This document shows, in pieces, positions 1 to 12,200 of a stretch of 64,000 bases of DNA. Positions within the stretch are counted from its first letter, which is position 1, and each line of letters starts with the position of its first letter. A model generated the notes under the pieces. The model made no database searches. It was not told the origin of the DNA and saw nothing but the letters and a program-made list of their open reading frames with translations. The stretch is from Asterias rubens (Eukaryota). The DNA lies in contig NC_047074.1 in assembly GCF_902459465.1 (NCBI RefSeq), forward strand, positions 2,046,001 through 2,110,000, in the 5' to 3' direction. The position numbers were made by a program, and so were the translations under genes.

Positions 1-97
1 AGAATTAAAGAACATTTATTAATTAAAATTGTGTACCGATTCTTTGTTCCTGGTAGTCGGTATTAGGTTTGCGGTGACACCATGGCATATATCTTAA

Positions 98-334
98 AGG
101 CAGTGGACACTATTGGTAATTACTCAAAATAATTGTTGGCATAAAACCTTTCTTGGTAATGGGGAGAGGTTGATGGTATAAAACATTGTGAGAAACGGCT
201 CAATTAAATTGGGAATTTAGTAAACATGTTTTAGTTGGTATTTAAATGAATTAATAGCTCTCTGTGGTTGCTCGTTACCAAGTAAGTTGTTGTACTAACA
301 ATTATTTTGAGTATAATACTTGTTTCCAGTGCCT
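98..334. mobile_element. Kolobok-like non-autonomous element (family A), head-to-head derivative made of two left ends
   Basis: TTAA(94-97)|AGGCAGTGGACAC...TTTCCAGTGCCT|TTAA(335-338); the right part is the reverse complement of the family A left end. Confidence 0.7.
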
Positions 335-2308
335 TTAATATTTTTCATTATAAAGTCCTTGCTTAATGAACACAAAATACGGCGAGCCGGAGTCCCTGTG
401 ACCCATAAGGATACACATGCCTTCGTTATCAAACTCATCGTCTTCACCCCAGTACATGAGAAACTTATCCAGGTTCTTCCAGCCTTTGCCCAGTAGTCCA
501 TCAAAATATCTTTTAAGCTTGAGTTGAAACAAAAGCTTCTCATCAGGATCGTCGAAACGGCCGCTGAGACTGAAGAAGAACAAAAGACAAGACATTAATT
601 ATATAACATGAATAAATACCCCCAGACAGTTTCGCTATTCCTAATGGAGGAGACCACATCACGTGGGGTGTTTAAACAGTTGATAATGATCAGCTGGAGC
701 TGTTTATAATCGGTGTTTTCGGATATAATAATGTTAGATGCATACTACGCGCACGAATGCATATCCGAAAACTGCCCCAGTCACAAAAAATAGCAACACA
801 CGTGCTGAACTCCAGGACGTTGTAAAACGGATAAGTCTAACGGAGTTTCATACTTCATGACGCCTTTTAACTGAAAAAGGCATATGAATGGGAATAAAAG
901 AATAGTGACTCGTTCTTAAACTGCCGTTTAAAACCATGCACGGCCACGACGAAGTAACGCAGTTTTTGAGAAAGAAGTTACTTCTCACTAAAGATGAATT
1001 GAATAAAGGCATCAAATCAAGGCATCCAATGGCTTTAAATGGAAGAATGGGGATTAATCTGAATGCTTGGTTACTTACTTCTTCAGGTATGCCTTTATCT
1101 GTACCTTCTTGTCATCTACAGGACCCTCCACAAGATTCGAAGTCTCGACAAGGTCAGGCACTACGTCTAAGTCCTCATCAACTTCCGCATCTGCCTTCAA
1201 CAAAGGCACGGATTCCATTCCATTGTCTATGGGCTTCAGAGACATCAAACATAATCACAAAAAGGAAAGGAATTGTTTAGCGTCCTGACTTCTTTAAATA
1301 AAGGAAGGAGGACCGTTCCCACCCGACCCCCTCCCCACTTAAAAAAAAAACTATTAATAATAATAAAATCGCCGCCTGACCTTTTTTTAAGGCAACTTGC
1401 TGGGATACTTTTTTAGATTTTTTTTCTTTTGCGTCAGATCTTTGAAAATCTTTTTTTTTATACCAATAGAAGACAACAGAAGAGGAGGTATTTTAATTCA
1501 AACTGCTGGTCGCCAATATTCATCACTTTTAAAAGAAAAAGACAAACAAGATGCGGCATCAAGAAAGGATGAGGTGGAAGGGACGATCTTCTGGTTCTTA
1601 TTTTAGTTGGCCTAATGAGACAATTATTATATCACTATATTGTCGTACTTATTGTAAATCGAAGCCTTGTAAAATTACCTTATACTTTGCTTCAACCTCG
1701 TACACAATGTCATCCACCAACGTGTACTTGAAGGAATCAGTAAACATCTCATTGCCTTCACGAAAAGAAAAACATCCAAATCTATTAAGTTTTGTTATCA
1801 TTGAAGGCACTGGACACCTTTGGTGATAGATATGAGTATTCGCATTGGTATATATCTCAAGAAAATGCATTGAACCATGTGAAAATTTGAACTAAATTAT
1901 TGGTCGTCGAAGTTGCGAGAGAATATTGAAAGACAGAAGACACTTGTCGTACAACTTGAGTAAAGCCTTCAAAACGCCCATCCATATTTAACACAAAAAC
2001 TTACTGCAAAAGAGTACTGATTAATGCAATGTGAGTATAGCAAATAGAGCGAAGAAATTATTATTTCCTTTTACACATGTGTATTTGTTTCTTATTATAT
2101 CATTATGTGATGAGTATCCTGCAAAGCTATTCGTGTCAATGTTTTTGGTGAAAATAGATAGTTACCAAAAATGCTATTAATTTTTGAAGACATTTTATGG
2201 ACCTTAAAATGCTATTAATTTTTGAAGACATTTTATGGACCTTAAAATGGGCCCAGGTCGAATAAGCTGAATACATTTACCAGTAATAACATCCTTGAAT
2301 ACGAGCAT
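335..2308 (-). CDS. TPT1: Translationally controlled tumor protein (TCTP)-like, divergent; 4 exons, 164 aa
   Basis: Exons (minus) 2308-2281, 1755-1679, 1233-1079, 569-335; all GT-AG, phases 1/0/2, total 495 nt. N-terminus MLVFKDVITGNEMFTDSFKYTLVDDIVYEVEAK and C-terminus YWGEDDEFDNEGMCILMGHRDSGSPYFVFIKQGLYNEKY match TCTP termini. The 28-nt first coding exon matches vertebrate TPT1 as I recall it. Confidence 0.88.
2170..2247. repeat. Two-copy direct repeat (about 39 bp) in TCTP intron 1
   Basis: ATGCTATTAATTTTTGAAGACATTTTATGGACCTTAAA is repeated immediately in tandem. Confidence 0.85.
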
Positions 2309-2309
2309 T

Positions 2310-3475
2310 CTTTTGTAGACCTCTTCGGTATTGTAACCCGCTGCATCAGCCGAAGAGCAGACATCCCCCAAATGAAGACCGGCCGGATAACATTCCGTAT
2401 GGCGCCACCACTTTTTCACTAGTTTTTACAAAAAAGGATATCTCATAGAGGTAAATTAGATACTATATTATTTCATATCGAATGAAAAAGTGGTGGCGCC
2501 ATACGGAAACTTTTCCGACCGGCCTTCAGAAGATACGACACCATCAAATAACGAAGTACCAAAGAGAAATGTTTAACGGTAATGCCAGTGAACAAGGCCA
2601 TGTCTTTAGATGATGAACAGGCTTTTACGAGTAGCTCAGTAGATTTAGATGTAGATCGTGAGGGAGTTTTCAATTTGCTTGTACCTTTCCTTATACCATA
2701 GATCCTTTCTCTATGCTTATACGTACCGTGCTCAGGATGGTACGTGGCAACAAGCAACTAGCCCTTTAATAATATCACCCCCCGCACTGTATGCAAGAGG
2801 ATCTGTTACGGTCCAATGGAAGAGTTTTTTGAGGTGCAGCGCCTCCCTTTTGTTGTCGATGGCAAGTCCGCATGATGTCATAGTGAACTTTCAACAAAGC
2901 TGCTTCAGTCTACACTGGGAACTATTTGTATATTATCGGAATGCAATCAACCATGGAGGAAGGATCTAACTCCGTGAAATGGCGTTCAATCTCTGTCTGA
3001 CGGCTATACTTTTCAGCAGCCTACGCCCACGACATAATAAAGTTACAAAATGTGCGTAATATTGTCAAGTGACTTTTTCTTCATACTGGATTAATGAAAG
3101 CCCTCTTCAAGCATTCTGGGAATTGTGGCCTGAGCAAACGAGATCTGTATTGTGCCGCTATGGGCAAGGTCGGACACCTTCGGTAATAATTTTTGCCACT
3201 AAAGACCAGTCACTCACACCCAATGTATTTCAATGTATGACCACCGTGTGTAGTCGAATCAATTTGACAGGGCGCCCTCTTGCGAAAGATTATAAATCGG
3301 CGACTGCGAACAAGAGAACGAGATCCCTCTAAAAAGTGGACAGAACAGGGGCTCTCAGAGCATCCAAATATTTTCTGTTGAGCCATGTTAGCTTTCGTTG
3401 CACACATCGTGTTCCAGGAGAAAATGACTCGCCGCTTTTGAAACCGTTCAGGCGCTGTTAAATCTACCAAAAAGG
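2310..3475. promoter_or_regulatory. Inferred bidirectional promoter region between TCTP-like (-) and ZC3H13 (+), with a putative non-coding ZC3H13 exon ending at 3475
   Basis: Divergent gene starts; strong donor AAGG|GTGAGT at 3475/3476; short uORF ATGACTCGCCGCTTTTGA at 3424-3441. TSS positions cannot be determined from sequence alone. Confidence 0.5.
2385..2516. mobile_element. Palindromic mini-MITE (family P, about 130 bp)
   Basis: Inverted arms TTCCGTATGGCGCCACCACTTTTTCA / TGAAAAAGTGGTGGCGCCATACGGAA; four more copies or clusters in the window. Confidence 0.75.
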
Positions 3476-3609
3476 GTGAGTAAAATCGAAAATCCAATGC
3501 TTATGCCATTTCGCCCCAATAATGTAAAGTCGCCCCTGCTGCTGCACCGCATAAACAATACTCGTTTTTCAATTTTTGTTTAGTTTAGACCCGCCATAAA
3601 TGGTGCCAA

Positions 3610-4138
3610 GGAAAAGTTTCCGTATGGCGCCACCACTTTTTCATTCGATATGAAATAATATAGTATCTAATTTACCTCAATGAGATATCCTTTTTTGTAA
3701 AAATTAGTGAAAAAGTGGTGGCGCCATACGGAATGTTATCCTTTACTTTTACAAACAAAAAAGGGATAGGCCCTATCTCACCCCATTCATTTTTTGGATA
3801 ATTTTCCGCATGGCGCCACCACTTTTTCACTCATTTTTACAAAAAGGGATATATCAATCAGGTAAATTAGATACTATATTATTTTATCTCGAATGAAAAA
3901 GTGGTGGCGCCATACGGAAACTTTTCCCATTTTTTGTTTTCATTTTAAGGGGGATTCTGAATAAGGGAAATATTACTTTTATTAGTAGTTGCGATAATGT
4001 AACCCTCCTGCCGACGAGTAAATTAGATACTATGTATTTCATATCGAATGAAAAAGTGGTGGCGCCATACGGAAACTTTTCCAAAGTAAAAATGAGTGAA
4101 AAACAAAAAGTGGTGGCGCCATGCGGAAAGTTATCCAA
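3610..4138. mobile_element. Cluster of family P palindromic mini-MITEs (3610-3741, 3796-3926, partial 4018-4138)
   Basis: Repeated AAAAAGTGGTGGCGCCAT(A/G)CGGAA arms in both orientations, sharing the core with 2385-2516. Confidence 0.8.
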
Positions 4139-4725
4139 AATTATGAATGATAATTGATCATTACAATTAATACATTATTCCCCCTGTTAAAATAAATCGC
4201 AGATCCACGCTTCGATTGACGAGTGAGCGTGTGATAATGTGCATGTGAAATGCATCAAGCCACAGCAAGTCTTCATCAACTTCCAGGTCCATGACTATTG
4301 TTGTAGTAGCACAAATCAGTGTAGTCTTGGTGCGTGTGTAAGACCTCGTTTTGATTTGTCACAATATGTATTAATTTCCACTTGAGATGCTATTTCGATC
4401 TTCCAGGCAGTTTTTGAATGATAGCGCCTTCGCACGGAGAAAATTATTATCAAGTCAAAACGAGAGGTTCTTGCACCAGACTGCAACAAGTGCAAGAAAT
4501 TGCAATTTTCATTCACATTTACGGTGCGCGACCGGTACAGAAAGTTACAACAGATACCAATTTCCATTCACCATTTTCAAAATTTCAGAAGTCGCCCAGA
4601 CCTATTATAACTTCAACTTTGGTTGATTGTGGCGCTATATAATTTCCCTTTGATTGATTGATTGATTGTTGTGCGAAGCTAAACTTTTTAGAACGTTTCT
4701 TATGTACTGTAGGTCTCCCTGTGTG

Positions 4726-6179
4726 ATGCGACGCAAAGTGACCGTGGATAGCACTCAGGCAGCTCACGACTCAGCGGAGAGTCGTCGACCTAGTGTCTTT
4801 GAGAGGCTTGGCCCTGGCTCATCTCGGGAAAACTCAGTGAGTTAAACAAACAAATTCAACCCTGGACAAAAAGAAACAGCTCATTTTTAGCAAAAAATGC
4901 CGGCTCCTCAGTTTACAAATGGTTCAACAAGGCTGGCTCAGTTAAAAATGAACCGAGGCTCAACGTGGCTCAATTTTGATTGAGTCGGTCTTTGCTCCAT
5001 GTGAGCCAATTATGCCTCAATTTGAGCCAATCTTTTAAGCCATTGGTGAACAGAAGAGCCGACATTTGGGCTCAAACTTAGCTGTTTTTTTACTCTCAGT
5101 GAATCAGTTTTATATATAAGTACTTAAGGCCAAATGTTGAATCGTTGCGAGGCTTGGTCCTAGCTCATTGGTCCGTTAGCAGCGTCGAGCAACAGCGTCC
5201 TGCATTCTCTTGAAGACAGTTATAGAGCATACTGGTCGAAACATTGAATCTATGAGAGGCTTTGCCCTGGCTTAACTTGAGAAAACTCTGGGTTTTAATT
5301 TTATTTTATATAAAAGTACTTAAACACAGCATCCAGCAACAGAGTCCAGTATTACTGATTGATAGATTGAGTCGTAGATTGGTTCTTTTCACTACTCAAA
5401 AAGAGGGATATTCACATGGTGTTACTGCAAACGAGCACGTTGAAGCCGCTTCGTTCGCAGTTCAGTTCTTAGCTGCGAGTAAGGGTAATAAGCCTCACAA
5501 ATTACTACTATTATTATTATTATTATTATTATTTAATCTTATCTCAGCATGCAAAAGAAAGATCATATTTTCATTTGTGCCGGTAACTCCTCGAGCCGGG
5601 CTTCTTCCCGTAGCCTTAGATCTCGAGGGTCTTTCTTAGGATCCTCGCTGTACCCAACAGCGCCGCCTTCTGCAACAGATCTATTCTCACATTTGTCCCT
5701 ATTATTATTATTATTATTATTAATAATCATCCCCTTCAATGATATTCGCAGCGAGATGGTGGCCGAGCTGATCAGTGTCGCAACTGGGTACGAGAAGGCA
5801 GCTGCTCCTATGGCAACACGTGTCGTTTCCAGCACGGCCCAAGGAACAAAAGTTACGGTGACAGGTAAATTAAAGCAAATCCCTTTTTGTTTAGCTCCAC
5901 CCCCAAAAAGGTAATTAATATTAAAAATAATAATAATAATAATTCCTTTTTTTTTTTTTTTTTTTCCCCAAAAATTGTGTTATTTAACTAAAATCAAATT
6001 CATAAGAAAAGGGAGATAAAACCATATAGAATACGGCAGGTTGCAGAGTAGGTTTTTAAATGTATGTACAGGCTCCGCACTTTCACGTTTGCGTTCATAG
6101 TTCTTCATTTTTTTTGGGGGGGGGAACAGCTTATCACATCCCTGGGTTATAATTTAAGACAGGGCTTAGAGTAATAGAA

Positions 6180-6218
<39 letters not shown>

Positions 6219-9200
6219 TATTATTATTATTACATTTATAAGAAATTTTTTTGTTATTGTTTGGAATAGGTCACCAGAGTCGGACCCTGTAGACCTGCGT
6301 CACCGCGTTGAGAGCAAACGAGCTGAGAGGGAGCGTGAACGAGATCGAGATAGATCGCCATCGTCGTCACTTTCACCTCCATTGAAGGTAAACAGGAACG
6401 TGATCTCTCTGGTTTGTTTTAAACTCCACCCAAAAATAAATAGCAATAAAAAAAATAAATGGAAAATAATTATTATTAATTGTACCCAAACCCTTTCACA
6501 GGGATGAGATTTTTTAGTCTTCAATCTGAATTCAGACTTTTTATGTTAGCCTAGTAGTGAAGAAAATCAGGCAGTATTTTTTTCTACATACATGTGTAAG
6601 AAATCCTGCTATTTGGTCTACTTCTTTAGTGCTGCGGACAATGTTCCCAAAAGCTCCTTGGAATCTATAACTTCTTGGTTTACAAAAAGGCGAAAATGGC
6701 ATCATTTAAAACGAGAAACCTAGAATTTGTATCCCAGTTTCATACTTTTTGTGAGCAGTTAATCTCACCCCTGTTAAGATAATAATCTCTATCACATTAT
6801 TACCAAAAAGGACTGATTCTTTACTTTGTTTAAACATTTTTTAGGACAAAATGAAGTATAAAGGTCGGCATGAGAAGGAGTCGACCTCCGACCGAAAGCG
6901 CAAAGGTCGTGACTCCAGAGGGATGAAGTCGGGCGGTTCCCCACGTTCAGATGCCAGTGAGCCAGATGAGTGGGGTGGGATTGACGGGATACCAGCTGCA
7001 GGTAAACCCAGTCTTGCACCATGTAAACAGTGCACAACCTTTTGCGTTTCCTTTTTATTCTCTTCTCACCTTGCACCGTTGACCAATGACGCCACCAACG
7101 CACCATCCCAGTTTAGCTTCCTACGTGAGCTGTTTAGGGATTAAATTACTCAAGACACGAGACTCGAGATCTCTCTATGCGGTCAATTGGCCTTGAGGGT
7201 GCTCCTAAAAATATTTTTACAGCGATGTGGTTTCTCGGTTTTTTAACTGAAAATCTTTTTTTTTTTTTTTTTTAAGCCCCACCCCAGGAAATTTAATGTT
7301 AATTGAAAAAGAGTTGTTTATTTGTTAAATTATGTTGGTTTATATTATTAATCAATACAAAGACTTTGACCGAGGTCGACCCGGGGAAGTTAATCAAACG
7401 CACCCACTGATGTTTCCCTCCCCAGGGTTATGGGGTCTGTTCTAGTTTCGGAATAAAATGAAACACAATACAATTATATTATATTTTTGCAGATGACGAC
7501 ATGTGGGACGATGAGGCTAGTCTTGATTATCGTCAAGCCCTCACCCTAGAGATGAAACGTCAGCAGATACAGCGAGAGCTACAACAGATGGAGGAGGAGG
7601 AGGAAGCTAGGGAGCAGGCAGAACTCATCCAACAAAAGGAGGTCAGTCCGGGGGCCCAATTTCATAAAACATCTGCAACTATTTTGTGCTTACGGATAAT
7701 CCCTTAGCAGAATTTCAATTTCATAAAGCTGTTTAATGCTGGCTAACCCGCGGTAAGCACACTAGTGACGTAACATTGCAAATCTGTGGTGAAAGGCATG
7801 CACACCTAGAAATTTTCTGCTAACTTTAGAAATCATGGTGAAATCGTTTATGCACACAAATTTGCTTATGGGTAAACAGCTTTATGAAATTGGACTCTGG
7901 GCCAAATTTCATGGCTCTGCTTACCACCAAATTCTGCGCTTACGATCAGCAGTCTCCAAGCGCAGCATTTCTGCGCTAGCTGGTTAAGCGTAGAATGCCT
8001 AGTAACGTTGAGTACGTACGCGCACGCACAAGCCAAAATCCCCTGCTAACCCGTGAATTATGCTTGACATAAGCACAGAATTCCCTGCTTCTGCAAGCCC
8101 TGATTCTTTGCTCAGCAACTAAGCAAAAAATGAGTGGAGCATCAGTTGCAGCAATTTAGTTGGTTAAACAAGTTCTTTAAAAGCAAGATTTTTGTTGTGC
8201 TACGCAAGTTGTTATTGGTACTGGGCCCAATTTCAAAAAAGCCTCTAAGCACAAAAATTTGCTTGGCATGAAATTTCTTCCTTAATAAAAACAGGATTAG
8301 CAACCAAATTTCCACGTGATTTTCAGGACAAGCAAGCAACAGCTGAATGCCAGTGTCAAGCAATAGGCAACAAATTAAAATTTGGTTGGTAATCTTGTTT
8401 TTATCAAGGAAGAAATTTCATGCTAAGGAAATTTTTGTGCTTGCAGGCTTAATGAAAATTGGTCCCTGTTAATGATGATATGTAAAGACGGATATATTTT
8501 CATCTGAAAATGTTTTCTTCTTGCAGACGTCAGATGATAATGCTGGAGGACAGTATCGCTCCTCCCGCTCCCCATCTCCTGTCAGGAAGAAACACTCCAA
8601 GAAAAAGAAGGGCCGCTCAAAGGCCGAGAAGCAAAGCTCTCCAACTCCTGAGGAGCATTCTCCTCCGGCAGCCTACAATGAGAAGTCGCGAAAACGCCGT
8701 AAATCGGAAGAGGCCATGAAGTAAGGTTTCAGTTTTATTTTTATTTACTTAGCAATGTTTTCAGGAGAGTCGTGTTAATCCGTTATACATGCTGACATAA
8801 TTTTTGTCTCACTGAAACAAAAACATTTTTGTGAAATTGTTTTACTCATTTCATAAAAGTTACAGCAACTCAGCACGTAATATTTTAAGGAAAGCTTTCT
8901 ACTATCATTATCTTTGAAGTATTGTTTAAAAGTGTAATGTAAATCTGTGGACATTTTTGTTTTGTGTCTTACAAAAAGGAATCAAACCCTGAACCTGAAA
9001 CATTTGTTCTTAAACAGACATGCCATTGATGCATCTATTGACAGCCATCGCAAGCACAAGACGCAAGGCTCGAGTCATTCGCCACGATTACCCAAATCCG
9101 CTTCTTTCCGTAATCGTACCCCGAGTCCTCGCGCCGCCCAGCACAGGCATGACTCTGATAGCGATATGACCCCCCGGAAATATAAGGGCAAGTCCGAACT

Positions 9201-12200
9201 GAAGAAAAAGTCTAGAGAAAGGGATATTGTGAAGAGAAGGTGAGTGAATTTCCAGAGGGGTCTCGATGTGCTCAGTTACAGCGCCCTCAACGGTCATGAT
9301 TTTCATTCTGAATTAATACTTGAGTCAGAAAATTGCGATGTCAGTATGTATTGTCAGTAAAAACCACCCATTTTTTTCTAAACCGACCTGGGCAGGTTAA
9401 ACAATTCTCAATGATTATCTTGTATAGGTCATTGTTTCTCATGCACCGCTCCTACACTCTTGAACTCAATACCTCATTCAATGTGACCTCCGTTTCCCAG
9501 TTCAAAAAACATCTTACAGAGATGAGATTGTACAGACTTTTGGCTGAATTCAGACTTTTTATGTCAGCCTGACGAAGAAAATCAGACAATATTTTTTTCT
9601 ACAAATAAAGAATACCTACTCATTGGTCTACTTCTCTAGTGCTTTGGATACTTTTTCCGAAAGCTTCTTGGAATCTATAAACCCCAAGGGTTACCAAAAG
9701 GTAGAAATGGCATCATTTCAACATACCTTTGAATTTGTGTCCAAGTTTCAGACTTTTTCGTAAGTAATGACTCCCGACCCTGAACTTAAAACTCACTTTT
9801 TTGTTTTAATACATTTCCTCTGTGGTTTTCACTTTTTTGGTTTTTGTGCTTTACAAATACAGAAAAAGGTGCTTTACTAAATGCTGTTCTTCCTATTATT
9901 ATGATTTATTCAGGAGTTTTTCAAGGAACAGAAGTAGTACTGACAAGGAGGATTTTTCAAAGAGAAAACCTGCTCGTTCACCAACTCCTCCAGCCCAGTA
10001 TCGAAAGATGGTAACACCTTCCAAACGCCCTCGATCACCCTCCCGTTCAAGAAGCCGTACTCCAACAAAGCGCAAGATGAAGCGCTTGGACTCTCCGCCA
10101 CGATCCAGTCGTCGTCCCCCAAGTCCTCCAACTTCATCGCACTCTGACTCCTCCGATGGAGGGTCCTCGCCCTCTTCTTCAAGCTCTGCTCCGTCGGAAT
10201 CACCACGGAAGCGTCCTCGTTATCAGTCACCATCTCCTAGACAGCGCACGAAGCAGGGATCCCCTGCACGAGATCACCGCGCACGGCCGAGAAGTCCACT
10301 TCCCCAGTCCCCAATGTCTGGTCGTGCTGGCTTGAAGAAGCAACAGCATCGAAGCATGTCGCCATCGAGTTCTCACAGATCCTACTCGCCTGCTACCAAG
10401 CGGCAGTCGCCATCTCCACGGTCGGGAAGAAGAATGTCGCCATCAAACTCAACTAAACATTCCCAAATTGGAATGTCTCGTAGCGACAGTGGATCAAGGG
10501 AGCATCGCCAAAGAAAACTACAAGAAAGGCAGGGATCAGGTAAAAAAATAAAATTATTAGTGATTTTTCGAGCACTTCAAATTTGTGATTTGTTAAGTTT
10601 AAATGTAAATCAAAATTATTCTATATCCCCAATGCAAATTAAAGTCTCTAAAATAGTTGCGACACCCACTGCTAAAATATAGGATTCAAACTGCCTCTAG
10701 CTACCAGGCAGTCTCAGTGGTCTAGTTGGTGTGACATGGCTCTAGAATTGCAAAGGTCGTGTGTTCGAATCCGACCGTATTAATATGACTACGTGATTTT
10801 GTTCGCAGAACTCTGAAAAGTACTGAGTATACAGTGCTACCACACATTGGTGTATTAAGGGCTAAACCAATGTTAATATTCTTTATCCGGATGCAAATTT
10901 AACATCTGTTATGTTCTAATAAGTATTTTTTCTCAATTAATAGATAACCAAGGTGGAAACCAGTTAAGAGGTGACCGTAGAGGCGAGCAACAAGCAGACT
11001 ATCAAAGGACAAGGGCACAACCAGAGAAACACGGCGACCCCAGGATGAATATAAGGTCTGATTCACGTCAACGATCAGATTCTCGCTCTGATCCACGAGC
11101 AGATAGTAGAGGTCCGCCCCAGATGGATCCAAGAGCGTACCAGAGGGGTGATCAGCACAACGACCCGCGCGGTGTCGGCAGGGGGAACCCACGGGGAGAC
11201 GTCAGGGGTGACCCGAGAGGAAACATGAGGGTCGATCCTAGGGGGGAACCAAAAGGCAGCGACCCCCGCGCGGATGGGAGAAGAAATATGAGGGGGGAAC
11301 TTAGGGCAGACCCTAGGGGGGATCCCAGAGGGGACCCCAGGGGGGATCCTAGAGCAGACCCCAGGGGGGATCCCAGAGCAGACCCCAGGGGGGATCCCAG
11401 AGCAGACCCCAGGGGGGATCCTCGTGTAGATCCGAGGGGGGACCCTAGGGGAGATCCTAGAGGAGATCTGATGAGAGGGGATCCCAGAGGAGATCAGAGA
11501 GGAAATCTCAGGGGAGAACAGCGAGTGAATGTCAGAGGAGATCTACGGGGTGACCCAAGAGGAGATCTCCGGGGACCCCCGAGGGGAAGCTCTAGGGAGG
11601 AGCCTGGAGGAGACATGAGAGGGATGTCGAGAGATCCCAGGGATGATCCAAGAGGTGGTCTTAGAGATCAAAGAGATGATCCAAGAGGCGACCTTAGAAT
11701 GGACCCACGAGCAGATCCACTCCGGAGAGATATTCGGGGAGGAGACCCCAGGGCTGACCCCAGAGCAGGTCCGAGGGCTGATCCCAGGGGCAACCAGCGT
11801 GCGGAGCCGCGGTTGGATCCCAGAGACATGCGTGGTCGACAGAATCAGCAGGAGCGAGAATCCCGGCGAGATGAGTGGGAGAGGAGAGGAGCAAGTGTCA
11901 AGAAGGAACCAGATCAACAAGGCTTCCATCCAAGGGACCCACATTTTGCACCGTAAGTTACAATGTTTATTTGAATGAAAAAGTTGTTCAAGGCATCATC
12001 GTTACAGCTTGGTCAGATCATTTTAAAGGCACTGGACACTATTGGTATCTACTCAAAAGAATTGTTAACATGAAAACTTCCTTGGTAACGAGTGATGGAG
12101 AGCTGTTGATACTATAAAACGTTGTGAGAAACGGCTCCCTCTGAAGTAACATAGTTTTTTAGAAAGATGTAATTTCTCACTCAAAGAATAAAGAACTATT

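Noticed and set aside
570-2280. SNORA31-like snoRNA in TCTP introns (vertebrate TPT1 hosts one)
   Set aside because: No recognisable similarity or H/ACA layout by eye; the introns contain repeat fragments. An Infernal/Rfam scan would be decisive.
7642-7707. Exon 5 extension encoding KEVSP, as in human ZC3H13
   Set aside because: GAG|GTCAGT is a good donor in the right phase for the next exon; read-through runs into a MITE and a stop
10707-10780. Functional tRNA gene
   Set aside because: A and B boxes are present but there is no convincing cloverleaf, and it continues into a body shared with another dispersed copy, so it is a SINE
11140-11830. RGD motifs as integrin ligands
   Set aside because: ZC3H13 is a nuclear protein with no signal peptide; RGD is incidental to the RGDP repeat
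11543-11978. Antisense and alternative-frame ORFs over ZC3H13 exon 9
   Set aside because: Shadow ORFs caused by the GC-rich 12-nt coding repeat
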